Virus record (IMG/VR): IMGVR_UViG_3300025168_000098
Coordinates: 1 to 58,141 of that record
DNA: 58,141 nt
Reading direction: 5' to 3' (one strand)
From: a virus
Taxonomy: Duplodnaviria > Caudoviricetes
The position numbers and the translations under genes were made by a program. Under the pieces are notes generated by a model. That model did not search any database, was not told the origin of the DNA, and was given only the letters and a program-made list of their open reading frames with translations. The number at the start of each line of letters is the position of its first letter. The stretch's first letter is position 1. This document shows, one piece after another, positions 57,690-58,141 of the stretch.

Positions 57690-57952
57690 TCTTCCACCCC
57701 GAACATATCACAAATACAATCAGGACATACTAAAATGTGGTTGTAAGTTTTAATTTGTCTGAAAACTTTCATAGATTTGGTAGAACTGTATGAACTTCCA
57801 CTATGGCAGAATGTAGCATATTGTAATACATCATATTTACAATGATGACAAGACACATAGATTCTATCTTTTTGAAATCTCTTTCTAGGTCTAAGATTCA
57901 TGTCTTTCTTTTCAGCAATTATATTCATATGTGGGTTGTGTTTATATTCCAT
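57686..57952 (-). CDS. Small Zn-ribbon protein
   Basis: CHHC and CPDC; start uncertain (57952 or 57928). Confidence 0.55.
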   Translation of the reverse strand: MEYKHNPHMNIIAEKKDMNLRPRKRFQKDRIYVSCHHCKYDVLQYATFCHSGSSYSSTKSMKVFRQIKTYNHILVCPDCICDMFGVEE

Positions 57953-58141
57953 TTTTTCATTTCTCCTTTATCTCCGCTATACGCTTCGGCAAGCCTTCGG
58001 ATAGAGTGTTCGCATATCAATGCTTTCATTTCTGATTATTTTCCTTTCTGATAGTCTCTAAGAAATCTTTTGTAATCTTCTGAAATATTTTTTTCCTGTT
58101 CAGGCTGGGCGATAGGGATATCAGATGTTGGCTTCAACATT

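Larger units (their letters stand above)
1670..58139. repeat. Dispersed palindrome TGTTG-RNNY-CAACA, at least 32 exact copies
   Basis: Starts at 1670, 2419, 4548, 6714, 8160, 8615, 10047, 10716, 11251, 13139, 15735, 18517, 21180, 23591, 26444, 26570, 31448, 33824, 35604, 36085, 40152, 42496, 45479, 47682, 48572, 48899, 49833, 52483, 53316, 53622, 54912, 58126. Confidence 0.92.

Noticed and set aside
1670-58139. Palindromes as a CRISPR array or transposon ends
   Set aside because: Copies are kilobases apart, mostly inside intact genes, with no spacer structure, transposase or target duplications. The Cas4-like gene sits in a recombination operon.

Overview
This window is a 58 kb piece of a tailed archaeal dsDNA virus (Caudoviricetes, siphovirus-like). 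By gene content it is most likely a Marine Group II (Poseidoniales) 'magrovirus'; the host is inferred, not shown. Most genes are on the minus strand. The left part (1-23 kb) is an archaeal-type replication/recombination block: PolB, RFC small and large subunits, PCNA, PriS-PriL fusion primase, MCM-like ATPase, RPA-like SSB, Sak4/RecA-like ATPase, Cas4/AddB-like and ERCC4 nucleases, XPD/DinG helicase, plus CobS/CobT-like genes. The middle (23-48 kb) is a morphogenesis block: hub, large Dit-like/adhesin protein, tape measure, frameshifted tail chaperone, tail tube, adaptor, HK97 capsid, protease, portal-MuF fusion, membrane proteins and TerL. The right part (48-58 kb) holds many small accessory genes. 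The strongest unexplained signal is the palindrome TGTTG-RNNY-CAACA, found in at least 32 exact copies, about one per 1.8 kb, inside and between genes. Also visible are four upstream motif classes (likely a temporal promoter programme), conserved UUCG-hairpin terminators, a promoter-linked structured ncRNA candidate, a membrane-anchored SAP protein and a PHD-like C4HC3 microprotein. All annotations come from reading motifs by eye; no database searches were run.
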